NCBI RefSeq assembly: GCF_018350175.1
Contig: NC_058368.1
Location: 15,998,001 to 16,062,000, forward strand
DNA length: 64,000 nt
Source of the DNA: Felis catus
Taxonomy: Eukaryota
Direction: 5' to 3'
Each line of letters starts with the position of its first letter. Position 1 is the stretch's first letter. Shown piece by piece: positions 28,060 to 41,236 of the stretch. Made by a program: the position numbers and the translations under genes. The notes under the pieces were generated by a model that saw only the letters and a list, made by a program, of their open reading frames with translations, did not search any database and had not been told where the DNA came from.

Positions 28060-28400
28060 TGTTCATTTATTTATTCAACCTGTATTTATTGCATTCCCAG
28101 AGATGAAGTGCATGGAAATCAGATATAAATGTTTTGCCCCAGTCATAAATGAACTCACTGTCTAGTTGGAGGTATAGACAAGTATATATACATGTCTTGG
28201 AGGTATAGACAAGTAAAGAAATGAATACAATTCAGTGTCAGAAGTGGTAAGACAGAGAATATTATGAGCCACCCAATCTGGGTGGGAAATGGAGGCCATG
28301 GAAGATTACTTGGAGGAGATGCTATCCAAATTGAGGTTTAAAGGATGAGTCAGATTTATAGATCAGTAAATAATAGTGTTCTAGGCAGAGGGAATAGGAT
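28060..28400 (-). mobile_element. LINE-2 relic
   Basis: ttcatttatttattcaacc...gaactcactgtctagttgga...ttgaggtttaaaggatgagt...ctaggcagagggaatag resembles antisense L2 3' region. Confidence 0.5.
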
Positions 28401-29456
28401 TGGTTGACTGAAAATATATATGAATATGACCTATTCATGTAAAGTCTTGTTTTAAAGTTAACTGATAAGATTTGTAGAATTATGTGTGTGTGAACCTCTG
28501 TCTCTCACTTTCCTATTTGTAATAGAATCCTCCTGGACCATGAGTTCCTTGAGATAGGAGTGGTGCCTCAGTAACTAATACAATGGCTGGCACATAGTAG
28601 GAGATAATAGATAATTATTGTATCAAATTAAGTGAAATTAATTCTTAGAAAGGGAGTTTTTTAGAATTAAAAATACAGGCCAGAACTCCTAATCCTAGGA
28701 AAGATCATCAGGGAGAGATTAATTACAAGTGTGTAGTGTGTTACAGCAGGGAGGTAACTCAAATTCAGGTGGAAAGAGCCAGCACCTCTCTAACCCCTTT
28801 TGGAACAGAGCAATCGAAATACATTTTTGAAATATCAGATAAATTTAAATACAAGCACAGAAAAGCATTCTAAAATGCTTTTTATTTCATTTGTTTCTGT
28901 TTATTAGTATAAATAATTGAGAAATATGGATGGTCTCATATACTTGAGATTGAAAATAAATATAAGAAGAGAACATAGTTTAAAACATATAAAAGGATGT
29001 CTAATTTAGTGAGCATTAAAAGATAATCACATTTAGGAATGGCAGCCTAAGAAGCTTTGCAAAACTCTTTGTTTTAGAACAAAATACTTCATCACTGAGG
29101 AATAGTTTTCAATGTCTGTATATTTTCTAAACAGTGTGGAGTCTAAATAGATAAATCTCAAGTGAGTAATTTGGAACATTTATCTGTATTGAATATGAAG
29201 GTGTGAAAAAGTAAATTTACCTTCAAAGGAAATTTTAGACTTTGATTTTTTCACTTCAGAGAATTTGTATGTACCTTTTTTATCTTTGTGGTACTAAATA
29301 CAACCCCTGTATAATTATACCAACAAGTGAAACAATCTTCTTAAATATTTTTGTGACCTTTATAATCATAGAGGTTCAATTGGATATCAAATTAAACAAA
29401 GTAAGCTGAGTAAGAAGAACAGAATCTAGACATTGGTGATATGCATTGCATGCGCT

Positions 29457-29680
29457 GTCATAGCGGCAAATAAGATGGTTGAGTCAACCGTACTGTTCTC
29501 CTCATCTTGAATAGAACAGGTTCTTTGTGCATCTTGGCCCCTGATCTTTTTCCTAGAGCATTTACATGAAAATTTCATACTGTCAATTTTTTCTCTGCTT
29601 CATTGAGATGTATGTAAAACCTCTTGCCAGTTTTATAACCCAGGAGTGTCTTTCTTAAGGATCTGGGAGCTGTCATCTGT
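29457..29680 (+). mobile_element. Possible ERV1 LTR fragment (MER34/MER39 group)
   Basis: cctagagcatttac...cctcttgccagttttataacccaggagtgtctttcttaaggatctgggagc. Confidence 0.4.
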
Positions 29681-31146
29681 GGCCTGTTAAGACCAGCATA
29701 ATTTCAGTATTATTTAAGATAAGAAAGTAAATCCAGACTTAAAAATCTTTTCCCTCCATCAAAGCTTGGGAAGATGATGGAGTAGGAGGCCTCTGAGCTC
29801 ACCCCATCCCATGTTTTCAACTAGATATCATCCACATCCAAACCAACAAACCAGAGAGTAATCTGAAGACTGGAAGAACAAACTCCACAATTAATATAGA
29901 GAAGAAGTTGCATCTGAAAGGTTACGAAGATCAGATAGGTAGAGGGAGGCTTCCCGAAGGCGGGAGCTCGCATGCCAGAGAGGGCAGAGAAATGGGGGAA
30001 AGACTAATCCACACAGACTAATGTGCTGGGCTTTAGAAACCAGAGGGGCTGCATTCTGTAAGTTTATAAAACCAGTGGGTCTTGAAAGCTTTGGAGGTCA
30101 GCTGACTCAGCACTGAATGACCTGGGAGGGCAAGTGATAGCTGGGTCACCCTCCTTAAAGAGACAGCAGCCTGTGTGAAGAGGTAACATAAAAATGGCAG
30201 TTTGCACAATGTGGGGGGCAAACAGGAGACAGATCATTTCATATTGATTTCTGAGAATTTCGGGGGAATTCTCAAAAAACAAGGTAGCTGGCAGGTGACA
30301 CCTTCCTCCCCCCATTCCCAGCACAAGCACAGAGACACTTGTGGGAAGGGGGGCTGCACAGACACTACCTAACCTGCTATCAGTGCATCATGCCCACAAG
30401 TTCTCCTGAGGACTCACCCACTCCAAACCTTCTGGTCTCAGCCCTGAGCTCAGGGGGAATTTTGTTAAAGCCAAGCCTGTCTCCTGCCCAGCTGCTGGGT
30501 AAACAGCTGCCACCTCGTGCTGCACTAAGCCACATGACTCCTGCATTCAGAGCACTTCAAAGAATTTGGCATAGGGCTAGTGGCCCAGAAGGTATTTTGC
30601 TAACATCATCACCCTGCTCCCAAGTTCCCTGGGGAGGGGCACATACTCCCCAGAGCTAGCCTTTCTGGGTCCCACTAACACAACAGAGAGTAAGCACAGC
30701 ACACAATAGGCAAAGTTAGTACAGGCAACTGCATGAAAAGGAAAAGTGACTCAGATACAAAAAACAGGGCATAAGCAACACACATAGGATAGCCTTCTGA
30801 AGTGCCAAGTTCTGGTAAACAAGGGAAACTGCACTGAAGGGCACTCCAGGACCTCTTCTACATAAAGTCCCTACTTTCAAGAGCAGAAGACATAGCTGAC
30901 TTTATTAACACACAAAAATAGACACAGAGAGGCAAGCAAAATGAAGAAAGAGCAATTTATTCCAAATGAAAGAACAGGACAACGCCACAGCCAGAGATCT
31001 AAGTGAAACAGATATAAGTAACATGTCTATAAATAATTTAAAACAATAATCATAAGACAGTCACCGAACTTGAGAGAGTGGAAGACATGAGTAAGACCCT
31101 TAATATGGAAAAGGAATAACATAGTATATAGAGTGAAGTAAGGAGG

Positions 31147-31157
31147 AAGATGGCGGC
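31147..31157 (+). promoter_or_regulatory. YY1-type motif at the L1 5' end (internal promoter)
   Basis: AAGATGGCGGC fits the YY1 consensus at the position expected for L1 5' ends; decayed in copy A (aaggttggtggt). Confidence 0.6.
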
Positions 31158-32044
31158 ATAGGAGTACACTGGGCTCACCACTTCCTGCGGATCACTTAGA
31201 TTCCACCCACACCTGCCTAAATAACCGAGAAAACTAGCAGAACGGATTCTCCAGAGCCAAGCATAGACGAGAGGCTCACGGAAGAGAGTAGGAAGGACGG
31301 AGAGGCAGTGCGTGCTACACGGACTGGAGGGAGGGACCCAGGGCGGGGGCGGCCCCCCAGCCAAGCAGAGCCCCCGAGTCTGGCTGGTAAAAATGGAGGG
31401 GCTGGATGGAGTGTGTTCTGACAGCAAGCGGGACTTAACATCTGGAAGGTTATAAGTTAACAGATCTGCTCGGAGAACAGGAGGGCTGCAGGACAACAGG
31501 AGGGAGAGTTGTTGAGTCCCAGACAACAGAGCGCAGCTTGGCGGGGAACAAAGGCGCTAGCCAGTACCATCTCCCTTGCCCATCCCCCAGCCAAAATCCC
31601 AAAGGGAACCAATTCCTGTCAGGGAATTTTCTTGCACCGCCCAAACACCAAAATGCTGTACTTCTTCAGATCCATCCCTCCGACGGGTCTGACAAACTCC
31701 CAGTGCCGCAGGACCACTCCAGAAGTGGATCTCCTAAGGAAAAGGGAGCTGAGCCTGCCCCTCGCGCCCCTGTGCACCTTGCCAATACACCCCAGCTAAT
31801 GCGCCAGAACCCCAGCACCACAAGCCTGGCAGTGTGTAAGTAGCCCAGACGGCCACGCCACCCCACATTGAATCCCGCCGCTAGGAGAGGGGAAGAGAAG
31901 GCACACACCAGTCTGAGTGTGGCCCCAGAGTTGGCTGGAGGCAGACATCAGTTCTGACTGCGGCCCCGCCCAGCAATGCAAGTTATTCAAGACAGCACAG
32001 GGGAAGTGCCCTGCAGCTCTGCACCACTCCAGGGACTATCCAAA

Positions 32045-32934
32045 ATGAAACGGAAGAATTCCCCTCAAAAGAATCTCCAGGAAATAACGACAGCTAACGA
32101 ACTGATCAAAAACGATTTAAACAATATAACAGAAAGTGAATTTAGAATAATACTCATAAAATTAATCGCTGGGCTTGAAAACAGTATAGAGGACAGTAGA
32201 GAATCTATTGCTACAGAGATCAAGGGACTAAGGAACAGCCAGGAGGAGCTAAAAATGCTATAAATGAGCTGCAAAATAAAATAGAGACAACCACAGCTCG
32301 GATTGAAGAGGCAGAGGAGAGAATAGGTGAAATAGAAGATAAAATTATGGAAAAAGAGGAAGCTGAGAAAAAGAGAGATAAAAAAAATCCAGGCGTATGA
32401 GGGGAAAATTAGAGAACTAAGTGATGCACTAAAGAGAAATAATCTACACATAATTGGTATCCCAGAGGAGGAAGAGAGAGGGAAAGGTGCTGAAGATATA
32501 CTTGAAGACATCATGGCTGAGAACTTCCCTGATCTGGGGAAGGAAAAAGGCATTGAAATCCAAGAGGCACAGAGAACTCCCTTCAGACGTAACTTGAATC
32601 GATCTTCTGCATGACATATCATAGTGAAACTGGCAAAATACAGGGATAAAGAGAAAATTCTGAAAGCAGCTAGGGATAAACGTGCTCTAACATATAAAGG
32701 GAGACCTATAAGACTCGTGACGGATCTCTCTACTGAAACTTGGCAGGCCAGAAAGGAATGGCAGGAAATCTTCAATGTGATGAACAGAAAAATAATCAGC
32801 CGAGATTCCTCTATCCAGGAAATCTGTCATTTAGAATAGAAGGAGAGATAAAGGTCTTCCCAAACAAACAAAAACTGTAGGAATTCATCACCACTAAACC
32901 AGCCCTACAAGAGATCCTAAGGGGGATCCTGTGA
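32045..32934 (+). pseudogene. L1 ORF1p of copy B, disrupted
   Basis: MKRKNSPQK...; frameshifts near 32250, 32380 and 32790; stops near 32612 (TGA) and at 32878-32880 (TAG). Confidence 0.95.
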
Positions 32935-32984
32935 GACAAAGTACCAGAGACATCGCTACAAGCATGAAACCTACAGACATCACA

Positions 32985-35900
32985 ATGACTCTAAACCCAT
33001 ATCTTTCTATAATAACACTGAATGTAAATGGACTAAATGCACCAACCAAAAGACATAGGGTATCAGAATGGATAAAAAAAACAAGACCCATCTATTTGCT
33101 GTCTACAAGAGGCTCATTTTAGACCTGAGGACACTTTCAGATTGAAAGTGAGGAGATGGAGAACTATTTATCATGCTACTGGAAGTCAAAAGATAGCTGG
33201 AGTAGCCATACTTATATCAGACAAACTAGACTTTAAATTAAAGGCTGTAACAAGAGATGAAGAAGGGAATTATATAATAATTACAGGGTCTATCCATCAA
33301 GAAGAGCTAACAATTATAAATATCTATGTGCCGAATACGGGAGCCCCCAAATATATAAAACAATTACTCACAAACATAAGCAACCTTCTTGACAAGAATG
33401 TGGTAATTGCAGGGGACTTTAATACCCCACTTACAACAATGGATAGATCATCTAGACACACGGTCAATAAAGAAACAAGGGCCCTGAATGACACATTGGA
33501 TCAGATGGACTTGACAGATATATTTAGAACTCTGCATCCCAAAGCAACAGAATATACTTTTTTCTCGAGTGCACATGGAACATTCTCCAAGATAGATCAC
33601 ATTCTGGGTCACAAAACAGCCCTTCATAAGTATACAAGAATTGAGATCATACCATGCATACTTTCAGACCACAATGCTATGAAGCTTGAAATCAACCACA
33701 GGAAAAAGTCTGGAAAACCTCCAAAAGCATGGAGGTTAAAGAACACCCTACTAAAGAATGAATGGGTCAACCAGGCAATTAGAGAAGAAATTTAAAAATA
33801 TATGGAAACAAACAAAAATGAAAATACACTAACCCAAACACCTTGGGATGCCGCTAAGGCAGTCCTGAGAGGAAAATACATTGCAATCCAGGCCTATCTC
33901 AAGAAACAAGAAAAATCCCAAATACAAAATCTAACAGCACACCTAAAGGAAATAGAAGCAGAGCAGCAAAGACACCCCAAACCCAGCAGAAGAAGAGAAA
34001 TAATAAAGATCAGAGCAGAAATAAACAATATAGAATCTAAAAAAAACTGTAGAGCATATCAATGAAACCAAGAGTTGGTTTTTTGAAAAAATAAACAAAA
34101 TTGTTAAACCTCTAGCCAGGCTTCTCAAAAAGAAAAGGGAGATGACCGAAATAGATAAAATCATGAATGAAAATGGAATTATTACAACCAACCCTTCAGA
34201 AATACAAGCAATTATCAGGGAATACTATGAAAAATTATATGCCAACAAACTGGACAACTTGGAAGAAATGGACAAATTCCTAAACATCCACACACTTCCA
34301 AAACTCAAACAGGAAGAAATAGAAAGCTTGCACAGACCCATAACCAGCAAAGAAATTGAATCAGTTATCAAAAATCTCCCAACAAATAAGAGTCCAGGAC
34401 CAGATGGCTTCCCTGGGGAATTCTACCAGACGTTTAAAGCAGAGATAATACCTATCCTTCTCAAGGTATTCCAAAAAATAGAAAGGGAAGGAAAACTTCC
34501 AGACTCATTCTATGAAGCCAGTATTACTTTGATCCCTAAACCAGACAGAGACCCGGTAAAAAAAGAACTACAGGCCAATATCCCTGATGAATATGGATGC
34601 AAAAATTCTCAATAAGATACTAGTAAATCGAATTCAACAGCTTATAGAAAGAATTATTCACCAGGATCAAATGGGATTCATTCCTGGCATGCAGGGCTGG
34701 CTCAACATTCGCAAATCAATCAACGTGATACATCACATTAATAAAAGAAAAGAGAAGAACCATATGATCCTGTCAATCGATGCAGAAAAAGCATTTGGCA
34801 AAATTCAGCATCGATTCTTAATAAAAACCCTCGAGAAAGTCGGGATAGAAGGAAAATACTTAAACATTATAAAAGCCATTTATGAAAAGCCCACAGCTAA
34901 TATCCTCCTCAATGGGGAAAAACTGAGAGCTTATCCCCAGAGATCAGGAACACGACAGGGATGTCCACTCTCACCGCTGTTGTTTAACATAATGTTGGAA
35001 GTTCTAACACCAGCAATCAGACAACAAAAGGAAATCAAAGGCATCAAAATTGGCAAAGATGAAGTCAAGCTTTCACTTTTTGCAGATGACATGACATTAT
35101 ACATGGAAAATCCGAAAGACTCCACAAAAGTCTGCTAGAACTGATACATGAATTCAGCAAAGTTGCAGGATACAAAAATCAATGTACAGAAATCAGTTGC
35201 ATTCTTATACACTAATAATGAAGCAACAGAAAGAGAAATAAAGAAACCGATCCCATTCACAATTGCACCAAGAAGCATAAAATACCTAGGAATAAATCTA
35301 ACCAAAGATGTACAAGATCTGTATGCTGAAAACTCTAGAAAGCTTATGAAGGAAATTGAAGAAGATATAAAGAAATGGAAAAACATTCCATGCTCATGGG
35401 TTGGAAGAATAAATATTGTCAAAATGTCAATACTACCCAAAGCCATCTACACATTCAATGCAATCCCAATCAAAATTGCACCAGCATTCTTCTTGAAGCT
35501 AGAACAAGCAATCCTAAAATTCATATGGAACCACAAAAGACCCCAAATAGCCAAAGTAATTTTGAAGAAGAAGACCAAAGCAGGAGGCATCACAATGCCA
35601 GACTTTAGCCTCTACTACAAAGCTGTAATCATTAAGACAGCATGGTATTGGCACAAAAACAGACACATAGACCAATGGAATAGAATAGAAACCCCAGAAC
35701 TAGACCCACAAAAGTATGGCCAACTAATCTTTGACAAAGCAGGAAAGAATATCCAATGGAAAAAAGACAGTGTCTTTGACAAATGGTGCTGGGAGAACTG
35801 GACAGCAACATGCAGAAGAATGAAAGTAGACCACTTTCTTACACCATTCACAAAAGTAAACTCAAAATGGATAAAGGACCTGAATGTGAGACAGGAAACC

Positions 35901-36808
35901 ATCAAAATCCTAGAGGAGAAAACAGGAAAAGACCTTTCTGACCTTAGCCGCAGCAATTTCTTACTTGACACATCCCCAAAGGCAAGGGAATTTAAAGCAA
36001 AAATGAACTATTGGGACCTCATGAAGATCAAAACTTCTGCACAGCAAAGGAAACAACCAACAAAACTAAAAGGCAACCAACAGAATGGGAAAAGATATTT
36101 GCAAATGACATATCAGACAAAGGGCTAGTATCCTAAATCTATAAAGAGCTCACCAAACTCCACACCCAAAAAACAAATAACCCAGTGAAGAAATGGGCAG
36201 AAAACATGAATAGACACTTCTCTAAAGAAGACATCCGCATGGTCAACAGGCACATGAAAAGATGCTCAACATTGCTCCTCATCAGGGAAATACAAATCAA
36301 AACCACACTCAGATATCACCTCACGCCAGTCAGAGTGGCGAAAATGAACATATCAGGAGACTATAGATGCTGGAGAGGATGTGGAGAAACGGGAACCTTC
36401 TTGCACTGTTGGTGGGAGTGCAAACTGGTACTTTCACTTTGGAAAACAGTGTGGAGGTTCTTTAAAAAGTTAAAAATAGACCTACCCTATGACCCAGCAA
36501 TAGCACTGCTAGGAATTTACCCAAGGAATACAGGAGTACTGATGCATAGGGGCACTTGTAACCCAATGTGTATAGCAGCACTCTCAACAATAGCCAAATT
36601 ATGGAAAGAGCCTAAATGTCCATCAACTGATGAATGGATAAAGAAATTGTGGTTTCTGTACACAATAGAGTACCACGTGGCAATGAGAAAGAATGAAATA
36701 TGGCCCTTTGTAGCAACATGGATGGAACTGGCGACTGTGATGCTAAGTGAAATAAGCCATACAGAGAAAGACAGATACCATATGTGTTCACTCTTATATG
36801 GATCCTGA
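32985..36808 (+). pseudogene. L1 ORF2p of copy B, disrupted
   Basis: GDFN/SDH, QGCPLSP/FADD and HCWWEC motifs spread over six ORF fragments. Confidence 0.97.
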
Positions 36809-37029
36809 GAAACTTAACAGGAACCCATGGGGGAGGGGAAGGAAAAAAAAAAGAGGTTAGAGTGGGAGATAGCCAAAGCATAAGAGACTCTTAAAAACTG
36901 AGAATAAACTGAGGGTTGATAGGTGGTGGGAGGGCGGGGAGGGTGGGCAATTGGTATTGAGGAGGGCACCTGTTGGGATGAGCACTGGGTGTTGTATGGA
37001 AACCAGTTTGACAATAAATTTCATATATT

Positions 37030-37074
<45 letters not shown>

Positions 37075-40000
37075 ATAGTAAAATAAAATCATATAAAAAA
37101 AATTGGAAGCATTTTTAAATGGGGAAAATTATACTCTGTGCTTTTAAAGAAGATTAAAAGTCTTCTTTGTAAAATAAAAAAAAAATAGGAATAACATAGT
37201 AGACATAAAAGATACAATAAATGAAATGAGAAACACACTTGATAGAATGAACAGCTAGATGAATGAAGCAGAGGAATGAATTAGTGACCTAGAAGACAGT
37301 GGGTGGGGCAAATAATCAAGCTAAACAAAAGAGAGAAAAGAATTATATAAAGTAAGAATATACTTAGGGAACTCCATGACTCCATCAAATGTTAACTTTC
37401 ATATTATAGGAGTATCGAGAGATGGAGAGACAGAAAGGGGGGCAGATAATTTATTTGAAGAAATAATAGCTGAAAACTTCCCTAATCTGGGGAAGGAAAC
37501 AGATATCCAGACCCAGAAGGCACAGAGTACACCAACAGAATCAACAAAAGCAAGCCTACACCAAGACATATTGTAATTAAATTTACAAAATATAGTGATA
37601 AAGAAAAAATTCTAAAAGCATCAAGACAAAGAAATCACTGACTTACAAAGGAAAACCCGTAAAGGTAGCAGGAGATTTTTCCAACGGAAACTTTGCAAGC
37701 CAGAAGGGAGTAGCATGATATATTCAAAGTGCTGAATGAGAAAAATCTGCAGCCAAGAATATTCTATCCACAAGGCTATCAATCAGAATAGAGGAGAGAG
37801 AAAATGTTTACCAAACAAACAACAACTAAAGGAGTTCATGACCACTAAACCAGTTCTGCAAGACAAGGGACTCTTTGAGTGGAGAAGAGAGACCAAGAGA
37901 CAGTATAGAGGTAAGAAACATAGAAACAGTAAAAATGAATATTTCTGTAAAAGAAACTGTCTAGGAATGCACACAAAAAGGATATAAAATAAAATAATGT
38001 ATACCTAAAAAATGGAGAAGAGAGGAGAAAACAAAGGTTTCAAACTTAAATGACAATCAACTTAATATAGACTGCTGTATGCAGAAAAGGTGGTATACAA
38101 ACTGAGTGGTAACAGCGTATCAGAAACCACTAATAAATATGCAAAGAATAAAGAAAGGAATCCAAGTATATCACTAAAAAAAATCAGCAAAACATTAGAA
38201 AGATAAGAAAGGATCAGAGAATATCTTCAGAAACAACCACAAAACAAGTAATAGCATGGCAGTAAGTACATACATATTAATAATTACTTTGAATGTAAAT
38301 GGACTAAAAGCTTCGGTCAAAAAGCATAGGATGGCAGAGTGGATAAAAAAACAAGACCCATCTATATGTTGCCTACAAGATACCCATTTTAGACCTAAAG
38401 ACAACTGCAGATTGAAAGTGAGAGGATGGAGAAACATCTGTCACACAAATGGATGTTAAAAGGAAGCTGGAATAGCAATACATAAATCAGACAAAATAAA
38501 CTTAAAAACAAAGGCTGTAACAAGAGACAAAGAAGGACACTATATAATCATGTGGGGACACTCCAACAAGAAGATATAACAATTCTAAATATTTATGCAT
38601 CCAACATGCATAAATACATAAATATGTAAAACACTTAATAACAAACATAAAGAAACTAATTGATAATAATTAAATAGTACTAAGAGACTTGAACACCGCT
38701 TACATCAATACACAGATCATCTAAATAGAACATCAACAAATAAAATACAGCTTTGGATGACACACTGGAACAAATGGATTTAACATATATATTCAGAACA
38801 TTCCATCTTACTATAACAGAATACGTATTCTTTTCAAGTGTACATGGAACATTCTCCAGAATAGATCATATATTAGCACAGAAAACAAACCTCCACAAGT
38901 TCAAGATTGAGATAATATCATGCATATTTTATGACCACAACTCTATGAAACTATAAGTCAACCACCAGAAAAAAACTGGAAAGACCACAAATACATGGAA
39001 GTTAAATGACATGCTACTAAACAATTAATGGGTCAACCAGGAAATAAAAGAGAAAATTAAAAAATACATGGAAACAAATGAAAATGAAAACACCATGGTC
39101 CAAAATCTTTGGGATGTGGCAAAAGCAGTTCTAAGAGGCCTACCTCAAGAAGCAAGAAAAATCTTAAATACACAACCTAACCTTGCACCTAAAGAAGCTA
39201 GAAAAAGAACAAACAACACCTAATGCCAACAGAAGGAAAGAAATAATAAAGATTAGAACAGAAATAAATGATATAGAAACTAAAAACAAAACAAAAGTAA
39301 ATAGAGCAAATCAATGAAACCACAAAACTTGTAGCCAATCTTATCCAGAAGAAAAGAGAAAGGAGTCAAATTAATAAGATCACGAATGAGAGAGGAGAAA
39401 TAACAACCACTACCACAGGAATACAAATAATCATAAGAGAATATTATGAAAAGTTGTATGCCAACAAATTGGACAACCTATAAGAAATGGATAAATTCCT
39501 AGAATCATAAATACTACCAGAAATGAAACAGGAGGAAATAGAAAATTTGAACAGATAACCAACAAAGAAATTGAGTCAGTAACAAAAAACTCCCAACAAA
39601 CAAGTCTAGGACCAGATGGCTTCACAGGTGAATTCTACCAAACATTTAAAAAAGAGTTAATGCCTATTCTTCTCAAACTATTCCAAAAAATATAAAAGGA
39701 AAGAAAACTTCCAAATTCATTCTATGAAGTCATCATTACCCTGATACCAAATCCAGATAAAGACAGCACTAAAAATGAGAACTATAGACCAATATCCCTG
39801 ATGAACATAGATGCAAAAATTTGCAATAAAATACTAGCAAACTGAATTCAACAATACATTAAAAAATCATTCACCATGATCAAATGGTATCAATTCCTGG
39901 GTTGCAAGTGTCATTTAATATTCACAAATCAATCAATGTGATACAGCACATCAATAGGAGAAATGATAAGAACCATATGATCATTTCAATAGATTACAAA

Positions 40001-40459
40001 AAAAGCATTTAACAGTGTTCAACATCGATTTGTCATAAAAACTCTCAACAAAATAAGTTTACAGGGAACATACCTCAACATAATAAACACCATCTATGAA
40101 AAACCTACAGCTGACGTTATCCTTAATGGGGGAAAAAAATGAGAGCGGTTTGCTTAAGGACAGGATAAAGACAAGGATATCCACTCTCATCACCTTTATT
40201 CAACATAGTACTGCAAATCCTAGCTGCAGCGATCAGACAAAAAAGAAGTAAAAGGAATCTAAATCAGTAAAGAAGAAGTAAAACTTTCACTATTTGCAGA
40301 TGACATACTATATGTAGAAAGCCCTAAAGACTCCACCAAAAAAACTGATAGAACTGATAAATGAATTCACTAAACACAGGATACAAAATCAACATACAGA
40401 AATCTGTTGCATTTTTATACACCAATAATGAAGCAGCAGAAAGAGAAATTAAGAAATTA

Positions 40460-41039
40460 CGGCAAAACCTTGGTTTGCAAGCATAATTCGTTCTGGAAAC
40501 ATGTTTGTAATACAAAGCACTTGCCTATCAAAGCGGATTTCCCCTTAAGATATAATGGGAACTCAGGTAGTTTGTTCTACAACCCAAAAATATTCATATA
40601 TAGAAATGATTACAATACTGTAATATAATACAAAATAATAAAATGCAAAATATAAGAAAAATAAACAAATTAACCTGCTCTTATCTTTGAAAACCTTTGT
40701 GGCTGGTGTGAGGGAGACAAGAGAGAGGAGGGTTATTGTGTAGGATGATTTTCACTATCACTAAGGGAATCACTGCTATCTATTGGCTCAATGGAATCTT
40801 TTTCTTCATGTGCAGCTTTGACAAGGAACCTATCCAATGACCTAGAGTGAAGCAAAGCATTCCTAAGTTTACTCTTGTATGGAAAAGCAAAGACTGTCCA
40901 TAGTTACTTTGAAGTAACAAAAAAATACACTAGTGCCAGTTGTGGGCCCCTTCCAACATTCTGAAAAATCACTGATTTCTGTCAAACACTGCAGCCTGAG
41001 ACTGAGCATCAGAGCCTGGAAGACAGTCACCCACAATCC

Positions 41040-41082
<43 letters not shown>

Positions 41083-41236
41083 GAACCATTGGGTCAGTTG
41101 TGATCACATGACATTCAGCATCACATACTAGTCGTATTGCAAGATATTGCTCATCTATCAAGTTAAAATTTATTAGAAATGTTTGCTCATCTTGAGGAAC
41201 ACTCACAGAAGTTATTCACAATCCAAGGTTTTACTG
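40460..41236. mobile_element. Non-autonomous Tc1/mariner (Tigger/pogo-type) DNA transposon, 777 bp
   Basis: TA duplication at 40458-40459 and 41237-41238; TIRs cggcaaaaccttggtttg vs reverse complement cagtaaaaccttggattg; removal restores L1 ORF2 aagaaattaatcccattt; internal (GA)n 41043-41079. Confidence 0.88.

Larger units (their letters stand above)
31142..37077 (+). mobile_element. Full-length young LINE-1 (L1_Fc-like), copy B, non-functional, with 3' transduction to 37186
   Basis: 5'UTR, ORF1, ORF2, 3'UTR, (TAAA)n tail 37031-37077; perfect TSD aggaataacatagta at 31112-31126 and 37187-37201. Confidence 0.97.

Noticed and set aside
32065..32775. 236-aa antisense ORF
   Set aside because: Reverse strand of A-rich L1 ORF1; a common by-product and fragmented in copy A.
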